This document shows positions 49,005 to 62,304 of a DNA stretch of 64,000 bases, in pieces. Source of the stretch: Macrostomum lignano. Taxonomy: Eukaryota. The notes under the pieces were generated by a model, which saw only the letters and a list, made by a program, of their open reading frames with translations, made no database searches and had not been told where the DNA came from. The stretch is taken from assembly GCA_002269645.1 (NCBI GenBank), contig NIVC01003952.1, forward strand, positions 1 through 64,000, read 5' to 3'. Each line of letters begins with the position of its first letter. Positions within the stretch are counted from its first letter, which is position 1. The position numbers and the translations under genes are program-made.

Positions 49005-50850
49005 CAAAGGTTATCCAAAAGTTTCAACAATTGAATGGTTTTGTGCCATAGACAACTTCTGGGAGTATAGCACTTAGACCACAATAAAGATGAACATATT
49101 TTGGAATTTGGATGTCTGAGTAAGTTTTTAGCATTCTAGTTGTCAAATGCTATTTTCTAAAGAACATTTTGTGAGATATTAAATCAAACATTGGCTAACA
49201 ATGATTGATCAGAATTTCTGTTGAACTTGGAGCAGCACTCTTATAATAAAACAGAATGCCTTTGTGGTGTCCTTGCAGTTCAAGTTCATTATCAGTTGCT
49301 GCAAGCTCATGGGCCAAATGGGATAAGCCAGTAAGCTATATACAACTAGTACAATAAATTCAAGAATAGCTGCTTTGATGTCAAGGATGATCCACAATTT
49401 GGAAGGCCAAAGGAAACTTGCATAGATTTAAACATTTAATTTATCCAAAGGCTGCTAAACATTGATCACCATTGGAAATGCAAAGGAATAACAGAGCTAT
49501 TCTATGGAATTCCCTTGTCGAGTGTGCATTAGATCCTTATCCAAGATCTTAGACTACAGAAGGTCATAGCCAGGTGGGTGTAGTGATGGATCGAAATTCA
49601 ATTTCGATTTCGATATTCCAAATTTCGAAACTAATTTTGCATTGAAATAATTTCGATTTTGATTTCGAATTTCGACACCATTCTTTGAAAATCATTTCGA
49701 AATTTTGGTTATATTTTAACAATTTAGACATTGATGATCATGCTACACAGGAAAGAAAATCTATAGGAAGTGAAAGGAAGTGCGGTTCAAAGACTCAGTG
49801 GGGAGGTGAGAATCGCCTTTTCTACAAGAAAGATTGTGCGGGCACACACTGTTCCAGGCCTTGTGCTGCACCCACCTCAACCTCCACAAGCCCACTGGCT
49901 GAACTCATTGGTATGGATTTTAATTGGCTAAAGACTTAAAGCCTTAATGAAATGGATATAGGCTACTCGTATGTCGTATCTAGATCTTCAGCTTAAACAG
50001 CGGTGAAGTATAATACAATTTCTACTATATTCTTATGTACAAGTATATAATACATAATACACCAGCATTTTCTATTTCGTATTTTTAAAGTAAGTTAAAT
50101 CTTAAATATTCTGGTTTAAAAATATCAAAGATACTTTTTATAAAACATGTAAGCTCATACATGCAGAGGCAAGGTGTTAACCTTTTTGCATGATTAGCGA
50201 AAAAGTAAAAATTTGTTAAGCTCAAAAATTTCGATTTCGATTTTGATTTCAATTTTGATTCTAAGGAACTGAAAATTTCGATTTTGATTTTGATTTGAAA
50301 AATAATTTTGATCCATCACTAGGTGGGTGCCATACTATCTCACAAATGACAACAAGGCACACCAGGTGACAATTGCTTAGTAGCTTCTACATTGGTTCAG
50401 GAAAGAGTTCAGCTTTCTTAGACCATGTTGACTTAGATCTGCTTGTATAAGCCCAACCTCAAGAGACAGAACTCTGAGTGGCAGTCAAAAAAGTTCTGCC
50501 TAGCCATCAAGACCATCAGTTCTACGATGCACCAAGGGAACCAACAAGATAATGATCATTGCATGCTACTATAGTTTTGGTATTATTTTCATCCACTGCA
50601 TTCCTGAGGGCCAAAACATCAACCAGCAATATTATTGGAGCTTTATAATTCATTATCTTTGGCCTGCCCTATGCAAAAAGTAGCCATAGACCCTGGAACT
50701 TGGTCTACTCCTGCATAGCAATGCCAGTTTATATATAACCCACATTGTGTAGGACCTACTGCGGGACTACTAGTGGGATATGCTGCCTCATCCTCCTTAC
50801 TCTTCAGACCTCAGTCTTTATGATTTTGACCTTTTCCAAAGCTTAAAAAC
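49005..50850 (+). mobile_element. Highly degenerate mariner fossil split by a hAT MITE
   Basis: TIR-like start CAAAGGTTATCCAAAAGTT; remnants KIMII...GIIFIHCIPEGQNINQQYY, LLLHSNA and PPYSSDLS; right TIR not found. Confidence 0.7.
49581..50321. mobile_element. Non-autonomous hAT-type element (MITE), 741 bp
   Basis: TIRs TAGTGATGGATC[G/A]AAATT (17/18), 8-bp TSD GGTGGGTG (49573-80, 50322-29), subterminal TTTCGATT repeats at both ends. Confidence 0.92.
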
Positions 50851-52026
50851 TAGTTCCAAGGTGTTGTTTCCATTGCCTAGATAGTTTCAACCTAGGCCTA
50901 CTTTGGCAAAATAATTTATTTTAGGCTCCCCCTACATCTATTTTAAACTAAAAATTCACTTTCACCAAAGAATTCCTTCATTGAAATGGGCTGCACCCGC
51001 CTAGATAACCTGTTTACTGTGTTTAGTGAGGTTAGCTGCATTGCAAAAGACCTAGGGCCTATATAAATCTGGCCCTGCTGACAGCATCCAGAAGTTGCCT
51101 AGCTGCTACCTAGGAGCACACAATTCAAACCAACAGAAGTTATTTTTAATATTTTGAAAGGTTTTTGAGCTGTAGACAACCTTGGCTACTAGCCTGCTAC
51201 TAAGCCCTACACCATTATAACTAAAGGATCTAAACTAGGGTCTATGAAATTTTGCTAAAAATCCAAGCCAGGTTTCAACTTTTAGGTTTATGTAAATGTT
51301 AAAAAATAGAATTCTAACAAAGAAACTATTACTCTTATTGCTCTATTTTTACTAAAGCATGTAGCATCTAGTGATCTAGGCATAGGCATAGCATAGATCT
51401 ATACTGATACTGATAGATCATAGACCTAGTATATGGTCCAGATTTTTATCTTTGACTAGGGGGGCCTATAGTAAAATTTAGACATAACTGATTGAGCCAA
51501 AAATATTTTACAAAAAAACAAAACAAGTTAAAGATAAACAAACTATTTTTAAAACTGAATCTGGAGGCCTCAAGCCTGCTCTATAACCTCTGGCTCTATC
51601 TCTATTCTATGGTAAAAAACCATTGGCATTATCTACCTCAAATAGACTTGAAGAATTTATTTATTATATGCCACATCACTTTCTGTACTAACAAAAATAT
51701 ATCATAATTGGTCCTGCTCTTTGAGAAACTTACTTACTTTTACTTTACATGTCGGTGTGGTTGCAGTGCATGAGTTAGCTAATATTGTAGTCTTTAAAGA
51801 CGTACACAATTGTCGTACAAGTTCTTGGAAATCGAGTTTTAAAATGACGTTTCAAATCGTTAACTTTTGCGTCTTTCATGCGTGAAGACTTTCTGCTTCC
51901 AATGAGTGAATTTCTTAGTAGTACAGGCGAAATGCAAGATACATTTCCAATTATACTGACTTTTTATGGTAAAATTATGTTTCGTAATTTAGAGCGCTCA
52001 AGGGATGCCAATCTGACCAATATCTA

Positions 52027-52412
52027 GGGATGAAACCTGGATCCCATTTTTGACCCTGAAACAAGGGATGAGAGCCGTGTTTGGGCGAGAAGAGGACCCA
52101 ATCTCCTGGTCAAGGCTCACCGCGACAAGCACTCCAAGAGATCATCATGACGATTTTCTTTGATCGCTCTGGCCCACTCACAATTGAGTTCTTGCAAGAA
52201 GGGCCGACGACAAATGCTGACCGCTATTGCGCCACTGTACAGAAACTCAATTGCAAGTCGGACATCCAGAATAAGCGTCGGTCAGGTGAGAAGCCGTACC
52301 TTTTGCACCACGACAACGCACGTCCCCACGCGGCCAAGACGACAGAGGAGACGATCGAGGCTCAGGCAAATTTTTGAGCTGCTCTCACCCAACCCTACTC
52401 TCCGGATATCTC
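52027..52412 (+). pseudogene. Mariner transposase catalytic-domain fragment
   Basis: DETWI, IIMTIFFD..G, LLHHDNARPH and PYSPDIS motifs with frameshifts; no TIRs seen. Confidence 0.8.
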
Positions 52413-53294
52413 AGCAATCCCCCCAAGCCTTGACATCTCAAGACATAAACACTTTTAAATGACACTTCTAGTATGTTTGACTTGACGCTTCTTGCATTCT
52501 TGCGTACTCCTGAAAGCTCCTGCAGAAACTTTTGTACTCCCTGCAGGAACCCAATTTTGCACTTTTCTATACATTTTAAACAATCTATACATACGAGCGT
52601 ACGAGTATCTTTCAGTGCACATTTGGCTTGGCACATTCATGCTAATGCTTCATGCTAAATACTTCTTGCGCCCAAACAATTGACCGTGAACTATTGGTCC
52701 TATTATTCTATTTACTATAACAGAACTGCTAATTCTGCCTTATGCGAGGATATTGAAAGGTGCTAAATTTTTGTTGAAAAAATACACAAGCTCCAATCTA
52801 CCGTATATACAGCTGGAAGAAGTTGCATTGGTGACAATGACGCAATCAATTTTGATGCATTTATAGTTAGCGAAGATCTGTTGTTGGTGCTATTGTTCCA
52901 CACACCACAGGCAAGACCGAGAATTCGCACCTCAGTGTGTTTATACGTTAAGGAACCGAGCATCGGGGCTATATAATGTTGCACAGGTATTCTATTCATA
53001 AGTTACGCAAGCCTATGCAATATCATCATTAGAGTTTGCAGCAGATGTGCGATTTCAGTCTAAATAAAATAACTGTTTAAAACAGACGGTCAATTTTATA
53101 TGGCTACTAATACGAGCGTAGTAAATCAAATTTACCTTGAATTGTTTCAGTGTTTCTCCCGAGAGTTTGACGCCTGGCTATACCTTCATCACCCGAAACA
53201 CCTCATAATTGGGCTCTGAGCTGTGTATATTTCGAGGCATTTAGACTTTTAATATTTATTAAGGCACTGCACTGATCAAGTTTGTGAGACGCCA

Positions 53295-54860
53295 GTTTGA
53301 AGACCAAAGGGGTTTATGAGCCGTCAAATTGGTTTATGGAAGACCAAAAGTGGTTTATGAGCCGCCAAATTGGTTTATGAAAGACCAAAAGTGGTTTATG
53401 AGCCGCCAAATTGGTTTATGAAAGACCAAAAGTGGTTTATGAGCCGCCAAATTGGTTTATGGAAGATCAAAGTGGTTTATGAGCAGCCAAATTGGTTTAT
53501 GAAAGACCAAAAGTGGTTTATGAGCCGTCAAATTGGTTTATGGAAGATCAAAGTGGTTTATGAGCCGCCAAATTGGTTTATGGAAGATCAAAGTGGTTTA
53601 TGAGCCGCCAAATTGGTTTATGGAAGATCAAAGTGGTTTTTGAGCCGCCAATTTGGTTTATGGAAGATCAAAGTGGTTTATGAGCCGTCAAATTGGTTTA
53701 TGGAAGATCAAAGTAGTTTATGAGCCGCCAAATTGGTTTATGGAAGATCAAAGTGGTTTATGAGCCGTCAGATTGGTTTATGGAAGATCAAAGTGGTTTA
53801 TGAGCCGTCAAATTGGTTTATGGAAGATCAAAGTGGTTTATGAGCCGCCAAATTGGTTTATGGAAAATCAAAGTGGTTTATAAGCCGCCAAATTGGTTTA
53901 TGGAAAATCAAAGTGGTTTATGAGCCGCCAAATTGGTTTATGGAAGATCAAAGTGGTTTATGAGCCGCCAAATTGGTTTATGGAAGATCAAAGTGGTTTA
54001 TGAGACGCTAAATTGGTTTATGGAAGATCAAAGTGGTTTATGAGCCGCCAAATTGGTTTATGGAAGATCAAAGTGGTTTATGAGCCGCCAAATTGGTTTA
54101 TGGAAGATCAAAGTGGTTTTTGAGCCGCCAATTTGGTTTATGGAAGATCAAAGTGGTTTATGAGCCGTCAAATTGGTTTATGGAAGATCAAAGTAGTTTA
54201 TGAGCCGCCAAATTGGTTTATGGAAGATCAAAGTGGTTTATGAGCCGTCAAATTGGTTTATGGAAGATCAAAGTGGTTTATGAGCAGCCAAATTGGTTTA
54301 TGAAAGACCAAAAGTGGTTTATGAGCCGTCAAATTGGTTTATGGAAGATCAAAGTGGTTTATGAGCCGCCAAATTGGTTTATGGAAGATCAAAGTGGTTT
54401 ATGAGCCGCCAAATTGGTTTATGGAAGATCAAAGTGGTTTTTGAGCCGCCAATTTGGTTTATGGAAGATCAAAGTGGTTTATGAGCCGTCAAATTGGTTT
54501 ATGGAAGATCAAAGTGGTTTTTGAGCCGCCAATTTGGTTTATGGAAGATCAAAGTGGTTTATGAGCCGTCAAATTGGTTTATGGAAGATCAAAGTAGTTT
54601 ATGAGCCGCCAAATTGGTTTATGGAAGATCAAAGTGGTTTATGAGCCGTCAAATTGGTTTATGGAAGATCAAAGTGGTTTATGAGCCGTCAAATTGGTTT
54701 ATGGAAGATCAAAGTGGTTTATGAGCCGTCAAATTGGTTTATGGAAGATCAAAGTAGTTTATGAGCCGCTAAATTGGTTTATGGAAGATCAAAGTGGTTT
54801 CTGAGACGCTAAATTGGTTTATGAGACGCTAAATTGATTTATGAGATGCAAACTTGGTTT
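53295..54860. repeat. 40-bp minisatellite (TTTATGAGCCGCCAAATTGGTTTATGGAAGATCAAAGTGG)n
   Basis: About 39 units, each a dimer of two related 20-bp halves (TTTATG...GG). Confidence 0.96.
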
Positions 54861-55319
54861 ATGGAAGAGTAGGAAGACCAAAAAACTTTTAGAGGGTTGG
54901 ATTCGCTTCTAAGAAATTATTCCTGATTCTAGGGTTTATTATGTACTGGGCAAGCGAAGCGATTGTGCCTTAGTAGACGAAATACAGGTTTAATTACAGG
55001 TGAAATCTATTAGAGAACCTTCAAGACTTAACTAATTATTCAATTTTGGGGGTTGCGATTTTATATTTTATTTAAAAGCTTTCCTATATAGATTGTGGCA
55101 GCCCCTTACCCAGCTGGTATAGACACCTGATCAATGTGCAGTCAAGGATTTCAGATGCGATTCTATAATTGCCTGCATACATATATACCGAATTGCAAAT
55201 GCAGCTAAATGTATGGCTAATATAAATCTAAGATGTTAAAACAAACCCATGCAGTTTTAAATCACAATTAAGATCTGTCATTCAAAAGTCACACACTTTA
55301 CTAGACTTTAAATCTATAG

Positions 55320-56872
55320 AGTCAGATCCCGACTCTATATTGTGTCAGATCCCGACTCTATATTGTGTCAGATCCCGACTCTATATTGTGTCAGATCCCG
55401 ACTCTATATTGTGTCAGATCCCGACTCTATATTGTGTCAGATCCCGACTCTATATTGTGTCAGATCCCGACTCTATATTGTGTCAGATCCCGACTCTATA
55501 TTGTGTCAGATCCCGACTCTATATTGTGTCAGATCCCGACTCTATATTGTGTCAGATCCCGACTCTATATTGTGTCAGATCCCGAATCTATACTATGTCA
55601 GATCCCGACTCTATATTGTGTCAGATCCCGATTCTATATTGTGTCAGATCCCGACTCTATATTGTGTCAGATCCCGAATCTATACTATGTCAGATCCCGA
55701 CTCTATACTATGTCAGATCCCGACTCTATAATGTGTCAGACTCCGACTCTATACTGTCAGACCCCGACTCTATATTATGTCAGATCCCGACTCTATACTA
55801 TGTCAGATCCCCCACTCTATATTGTGTCAGATCCCGACTCTAAATTGTGTCAGATCCTGACTCTATATATTATGTCAGATCCCGACTCTATATTATGTCA
55901 GATCCCGACTCTATATTGTGTCAGATCCTGACTCTATATATTATGTCAGACCCCGACTCTATATTATGTCAGATCCCGACTCTATACTGTGTCAGATCCC
56001 GACTCTATATTGTGTCAGATCCCGACTCTATATTCTGTCAGATCCCGACTCTAAATTGTGTCAGATCCCGACTCTAAATTGTGTCAGATCCCGACTCTAT
56101 ATTGTGTCAGATCCTGACTCTATATTGTGTCAGATCCCGACTCTATACTGTGTCAGATCCCGACTCTATATTGTGTCAGATCCCGACTCTATATTGTGTC
56201 AGATCCCGACTCTATATTGTGTCAGATCCCGACTCTATATTGTGTCAGATCCCGACTCTATATTGTGTCAGATCCCGATTCTATATTGTGTCAGATCCCG
56301 ACTCTATATTGTGTCAGATCCCGACTCTATATTGTGTCAGATCCCGAATCTATACTATGTCAGATCCCGACTCTATATTGTGTCAGATCCCGACTCTATA
56401 TTGTGTCAGATCCCGACTCTATATTGTGTCAGATCCCGAATCTATACTATGTCAGACCCCGACTCTATATTGTGTCAGATCCCGATTCTATATTGTGTCA
56501 GATCCCGACTCTATATTGTGTCAGATCCCGAATCTATACTATGTCAGATCCCGACTCTATACTATGTCAGATCCCGACTCTATAATGTGTCAGACTCCGA
56601 CTCTATACTGTCAGACCCCGACTCTATATTATGTCAGATCCCGACTCTATACTATGTCAGATCCCCCACTCTATATTGTGTCAGATCCCGACTCTAAATT
56701 GTGTCAGATCCTGACTCTATATATTATGTCAGATCCCGACTCTATATTATGTCAGATCCCGACTCTATATTGTGTCAGATCCTGACTCTATATATTATGT
56801 CAGACCCCGACTCTATATTATGTCAGATCCCGACTCTATATTATGTCAGATCCCGACTCTATACTATGTCAG
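55320..56872. repeat. 23-bp minisatellite (GTCAGATCCCGACTCTATATTGT)n with an 854-bp higher-order duplication
   Basis: Rare variants recur 854 bp apart (CTCCGACTC at 55741 and 56595). Confidence 0.95.
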
Positions 56873-57036
56873 AGGCTGCATACTGTGGCTCTATGCTCAA
56901 TACTATTGTAGATGTGTAAGTCTATGAGTCTATCCGTGTCAAAAGTAGAAACAATACAGTGTAGCGATCAAATACTATTATTATATATTTTCTGCGCGTC
57001 CCCCCAGTTCATAAGGTCAGAAAGAGTTAGGGCTAA

Positions 57037-57166
57037 AGGCTCATTCACAATGCCATCAAACGAGCCACCAAATCACACGACCAATTTACAAAGGAATCAA
57101 ATTTGATGTACAAATTGTGTGATCAAACCTAATTTGGTATTATTTGATGGCAGTGTGAACGAGCCT
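57037..57166. mobile_element. PIF/Harbinger (Tourist-like) MITE, 130 bp
   Basis: 24-bp TIRs AGGCTC[A/G]TTCACA[A/C]TGCCATCAAA (22/24), TAA on both sides (57034-36, 57167-69). Confidence 0.8.
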
Positions 57167-57330
57167 TAAATTAGTGGAACCCTTCGCAATGTCGGTCCGA
57201 GTGACTGAGACCAGTAGGCCAGTGAGTTAACGCCAACGCCAATTCTGAATGACCAAGTTCAAGTTCAGAGTGCAGAAAGTCCGAGGAGAAGGGGAGGGTG
57301 ATGGGCGGCCGCCAGCCAGGTCGCGCGCCC

Positions 57331-57435
57331 ATTGGCTGGGCGGATCCATGGGGTGGGGGTTGGAGGGCAGGCAGGCGCGCTGTTCCAAAATCGCTCTCTC
57401 TCCCTCAGGCAGAGGGCGCGGGCAGGGCTATTAAA
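57331..57435 (+). promoter_or_regulatory. CCAAT box, GC box and TATTAAA promoter of cassette copy 2
   Basis: ATTGG 57331-35, GGGCGG 57338-43, TATTAAA 57429-35; ATG at 57564. Confidence 0.55.
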
Positions 57436-57563
57436 GTTGCGATCCGAGCGAAGGCTTCCAAATTACACCAAGGCCAAAGGCTGCCAGTAAGCACAGAGCA
57501 TCAACGGTGTTTGACCTGCAGTGACACCAAAGCCCTGCTAACTTCAGCATCTCTGCCTGCACG

Positions 57564-58289
57564 ATGCCAGCCGCAGTGACTCCATTCGAGCAGTTCAGCA
57601 AAGCCGAGTCGCATCTCATCAAGCGGCTTGGCAGACACGCTGACGAGCGAATCTTTGAGCTGAGCACTTGGGAATCAGCTGATCGGGATCTGCTCGGTCT
57701 GTTCCCCGCCATCTCCAGCGCTCTCACTGTGCTCAACGATGACCAAAAACAGAGGCACGAGTCCGCGACCTCACCAGATGATACGCAGCGATCATCGCCC
57801 TGCTCCCTGACTGGATCCTCATCCTCAGACTCCTCCGGTGCCTCATCCTCATCATACGTGTCCGCCTTCTCAGCTTCATCTCGCAGCTCAGCTGGTGGTG
57901 CAGCCTCCCCCAGCGGCCAGAAGCCTGCGGCTGTCAGGTGGTGCCAGCCCGGCTTGAAGGACCTGCAGCTTCTTGCCAGCAAGGAGGACGTGGCCAGCCT
58001 CCCCAGAGCCTCATCAATCGAAGAGGTGCTGGCCCTGCTCAGCAAGGATGACGTCATCGTGGTGCCCTGCGCTCACGGCGGCTACATTCTGTACGCGGTG
58101 ACCTACTTGGACGATCTGGTGGCACAGCAGCCGCCGACTGTGATCCCTCCGAGTCCTGACGACCCGGCAACCAAGCTGAGCCCCGAGGTGTTCAACTTGT
58201 TCCTGCAGAACGAGGAGCTGCTGAGCCGCGGACAGGACGCCTCGCTGCTCGGAGCCCCGCCTGCTCTGCCATGCCTGCAGCATTTCTAG
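57564..58289 (+). CDS. Hypothetical 241-aa protein, copy 2 of the duplicated cassette
   Basis: Matches 5331-6074 up to ...PPAL (58268), then has a different 7-aa tail. Confidence 0.65.
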   Translation: MPAAVTPFEQFSKAESHLIKRLGRHADERIFELSTWESADRDLLGLFPAISSALTVLNDDQKQRHESATSPDDTQRSSPCSLTGSSSSDSSGASSSSYVSAFSASSRSSAGGAASPSGQKPAAVRWCQPGLKDLQLLASKEDVASLPRASSIEEVLALLSKDDVIVVPCAHGGYILYAVTYLDDLVAQQPPTVIPPSPDDPATKLSPEVFNLFLQNEELLSRGQDASLLGAPPALPCLQHF

Positions 58290-59944
58290 AACTGTTACAA
58301 AAGTAACTTTTTATCTTCACAGGTCCTGGCATTTCTCAGAAAATCAATTTGTTTTAAAAAGTCGCGCATTTTGCACCAGCTATTCATTGTGGAAACTATC
58401 CAGTCTGCTCCATTAACTTTGCATGCTATGGTTTGCTAAAATATTTTAACTGGTTGTATTGACTGTTTTATTTTTTATTTGATATAGTAATGGCAGTCTG
58501 TACTGTACTATTTAATGTAGTATAGTATCCATGCGGAAATACCCTATTCTTCTTTTGCAATCAGTTTTTTTGAGTCTGTTAATTTGTTGTAAGTTAATTT
58601 GTTTATTTATTTATTTAGCTATTTGTCTGTATTTATAAGTTTCTATTTTGTTATAGCTAAGTTAGTTGTTTTGATATCTAGCTGGTAGCCAGCTAGCTAC
58701 TATCGAATGCTTATTGAATAACATGCATTGTAGCATTATTATTTATTGTTGTTTATAGTTATAGTGTAGTGTATTGCTGCATTTCCTGTGAGTTTTTATA
58801 ATAACTGCTATTTGTCGCTAGCCCCACTTCTATTGTATAGAATTTGTAAACATTTTCTTTTATTTTTTGCTATCAAAAAAACCTTCGACCAGCAATGCTG
58901 TAACCAACAGTTTCGATCGGGTGCAGAGCCTGCTGACTCGACAATGATTCGATGTTTATTAAAATAAAAACATTGTTGCTATAATGCCATAATACATGCT
59001 CTGTAGGTGTTATTATTACTGTTTAAGTTAGTAACGTTTCTTATCTACTAATATATATGGTACATTTGAGTATGTTGTTTGAATAATACAGATCTACAGA
59101 CGTAAAGTTCTGCATAGGGAGGTCAGATAGGAGAGGTGAATAGGGAAAGAAGAGAGAAAAGAGATTAAGGGTTGAGAAAGAAAAGAAAGAGAAGAGGAGA
59201 GATAGAGAAGAGAGAATAGAGAGAGAGAATCAGAGGAAGAGAAGAGAGAAGGGAAGAGAGAAGGGGAAGGAGAGGAGAATAAGGAGTTAGAGTACATCGA
59301 GGGGAGAGAAGAGGAAAATGGGGTAAGAAGAGAGAATATGGTACAAGGCAGAGAGATGTGGGTAGAGACTTGATTAGGTTTGGCGGAAAGAACTCATCTA
59401 TGTCATGCGAGAAGTGCAAAACTTCAAAGTTGAAAACCCAGCATTTGAATGAAGACTTATTTTGTAGCCAGCCCTGAAGTACGCAACGGTTCCAACTTTC
59501 AATCCAATGTTATGGCTACCCTAGCAACTGGCTAGAAACAGAGACTACACGTATTAAACTTTGATTATCCGTTATCTTAATAACCCATCAGGCCCACACA
59601 CGCATGTAAATTGCAGTTCCGAAGACCTTTCTTGCGGTTTGTTTGGCAACCAATCCCGCTTAAACCGGGCGAGTTCGAAGAATCTCTATCGAATATTATA
59701 TTTATCTATGCGGCATGTTTTTCTCTCCACGGGTATTTGAACGAGACTTGACAACAAGATGACAACGGTTTTATCGGCTTGTCAAGCGACATTTTTATAA
59801 AGCTGGCTTTGCTATGCGTACCAATTAGCCATCGTATTGCCCTGAAGCTTAATTAAGGAGAGAATTGAAGTGTGAAAGGCGACGCAATATGTAATTTTAT
59901 ACTAGCATACCTATGGAAGAGTGCTCAGACCAAAACAGAAAGGA

Positions 59945-60540
59945 CGGCACCAAAATGAAAATCGTAGCGCCAGAAAAAAATCGACGGCGCCAATAAAGAA
60001 TTGACGGCGCCAGAAAAGAATCAGTGGCGCCAAAATGGAATCGACGGTGCCAAATGGAATCGATGGCGCAAAATTGAATCAGTGGCGCTAAAACGGAATC
60101 GACGGCGCCAAAATGGAAACGACGGCGCCAAAATTGAATCAGTGGCGCTAAAATGAAATCGACGGCGCCAAAATTGAATCAGTGGCGCCAAAATGGAATC
60201 GACGGTGCCAAATGGAATCGATGGCGCCAAAATTGAATCAGTGGCGCTAAAACGGAATCGACGGCGCCAAAATGGAAACGACGGCGCCAAAATTGAATCA
60301 GTGGCGCTAAAATGAAATCGACGGCGCCAAAATTGAATCAGTGGCGCTAAAATGAAATCAATGGCGCCAAAATGGAATCGACGGCGCAAAAATGAAATCG
60401 GTGGCGCCAAAATGGAATCGACGGCACCAATGTTGAATCGGTGGCGCCAAAATGAAATCGACGGCGCCAAAATAAAATCGGTGGCGCCAAAATAGAATCA
60501 ACGGCACCAATGTAGAATCGGTGGTGCCAAAATGGAATTT
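59945..60540. repeat. 20-bp minisatellite (GGCGCCAAAATGGAATCGAC)n
   Basis: About 29 variable units. Confidence 0.92.
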
Positions 60541-61894
60541 ACGCCGACAAAAAGAAACGATGAAGAATCGAGAAGGCCAGCATTCCTCTAAATCAGAGCA
60601 GGAAAACCTCATTAAAATGATTGCAAACCGATGCTAAAGACAGTCCTACACACGTATTCATTAAAACAGTGGAAATTCAGTGCAGACCCTCAGACTAATT
60701 AGTGTCACTGTATACTTGAAAACTGCTGGCGGTCCTCAAGACTTACAAATTGGCGGACACACAAAACAGCTCACTTGAAGGCCACACAACCGTGAACGCT
60801 GGACGTTTCTACATAATACACCCGAAAACAAATACTACAATTCCTAGTTGTTAGGTGAGCAAAGGCTGGAGTACGTGACACTTGATAAGTATGTGATTGA
60901 TTGGCAGTGTCACTGACCGTATCCTGGTGGGGTTGAATAAGCGCCCAAAGTTACATGTACGAGAGCTAGATGGATATAAATTAGTGTAGAGAGCGTCCTT
61001 CGGCGACAGGGTCCCACAGCCAGCGCTGATTGCGCCCATTTCGCTGACTCCAGAGCACAGGAGCACATTCATGTAAAAGCGCGCCACGTGCGTCTTGAGC
61101 TTCTATGCCCCAAATTACTGTGGCTAATCTACAGATGTTGATTGACTAATCACTAGAAAAATCTCCAGCCAGAAATATACCGGATTTAAAAACACCCTGT
61201 TGAGTTTTGACACTACTGTCAGTCTGCTACTAAGTAGGCCAGTAAGTTTCAGTTGGTTCAAAATCAAACAAATTAAATAAAATCAACACAGAATTTAAAT
61301 GATAAGTACTCGCTGATTATATTCCAGTGCCAATTGCAAATTTCAATAGGCATACAGTTAAACAAATCATGTAAGATTTTTTGGGGTTTATATTTTTATA
61401 TGCAAGGACAAATTGTGACAAACAGTCATTGAAGAGTGCCTGTATATATTGGCATACTTACTTAATTTTGCACGCATATTTTACTTACCATGTTAGCCTT
61501 GTACTACTAAACTGGTTTATTTATTGAATAGATTTGCATTTTAATATAACCGCGCCTACTAGCTACTGTAAGTAGCTGCTACGCTAAATAAACAAAATTC
61601 AGAGACGCACAAAGTTAATCAATCGCAAAGAAAGGCTCAGAGAGAAGCAGTTAAAAACACAGTAGAAGAGGAGCGCAAATTCTCAGGGACAACTAATTAA
61701 TACTCGGCCAGACAGGCGGAATTACAATATATTGTAACACACTGAGAGGCATTCGGAGGTGCAGATGGAGATGGAGAGTGATACAGACACACAGCAGCAG
61801 TGTAAAGTCACTACCGACACTAGCAACTACAGCTATACTAGTAATAATAGTAATAATAATAATAATAATAATCTGATTTGCAACCATCCAACCA

Positions 61895-62259
61895 TCACAT
61901 CTGGTGCCGGAATCTGCAGTCGGTTCGTCGGCACTCGCCGGTGGAAAACCAGGCTCGACAGACGCCTCGCGGAGCCTGCTGCTGCTGGCCGGGTGGCCCT
62001 GGAGGCCGGTGATGCCGCTGCCTGGGCGACCCGTTGGCGGCGGCCTGTGCAGCACTGGAGGCGGATGCGGATACCGTTGATGTTGCTGCGGAGGCTGCTG
62101 AGGCGGCGGCCGGTAGGACGGATAGGAGGCTACGCCGGGCGGCGGATGGCTGAACGCGGAGGCCGGCGGTAGCGATGAGGACTGCGGCAGCATCTGCGGA
62201 TGAGGCAGATTCTGCTGCTGCTGCTGCTGCTGCTGACAGGCGGGCAGGCTGGCCAGGAC
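61895..62259 (-). CDS. Terminal exon of an unidentified Pro/Gln-rich protein ending in a CCCH-type zinc finger (one frameshift needed)
   Basis: tttcgcag|GTC CTG acceptor; Q/P-rich frame, then after +1 nt (for example at the C3 run 62030-32) ...GVCRAWFSTGECRRTDCRFRHQM*, TGA at 61895. Confidence 0.65.
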
Positions 62260-62304
62260 CTGCGAAATAGAAGGGGGAATAGTTCTATAATAATTGATTC
62301 AAAT

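Noticed and set aside
60981-61140. Minus-strand peptide APVLWSQRNGRNQRWLWD resembling a ricin-B QxW repeat
   Set aside because: A single short match bounded by stops, with no convincing splice sites or further repeats.
61693-61894. Hydrophobic IIIIII tail of ORF 61693-62193 as a transmembrane anchor
   Set aside because: Comes from an (AAT)n microsatellite in the probable 3' UTR, beyond the CCCH stop at 61895.
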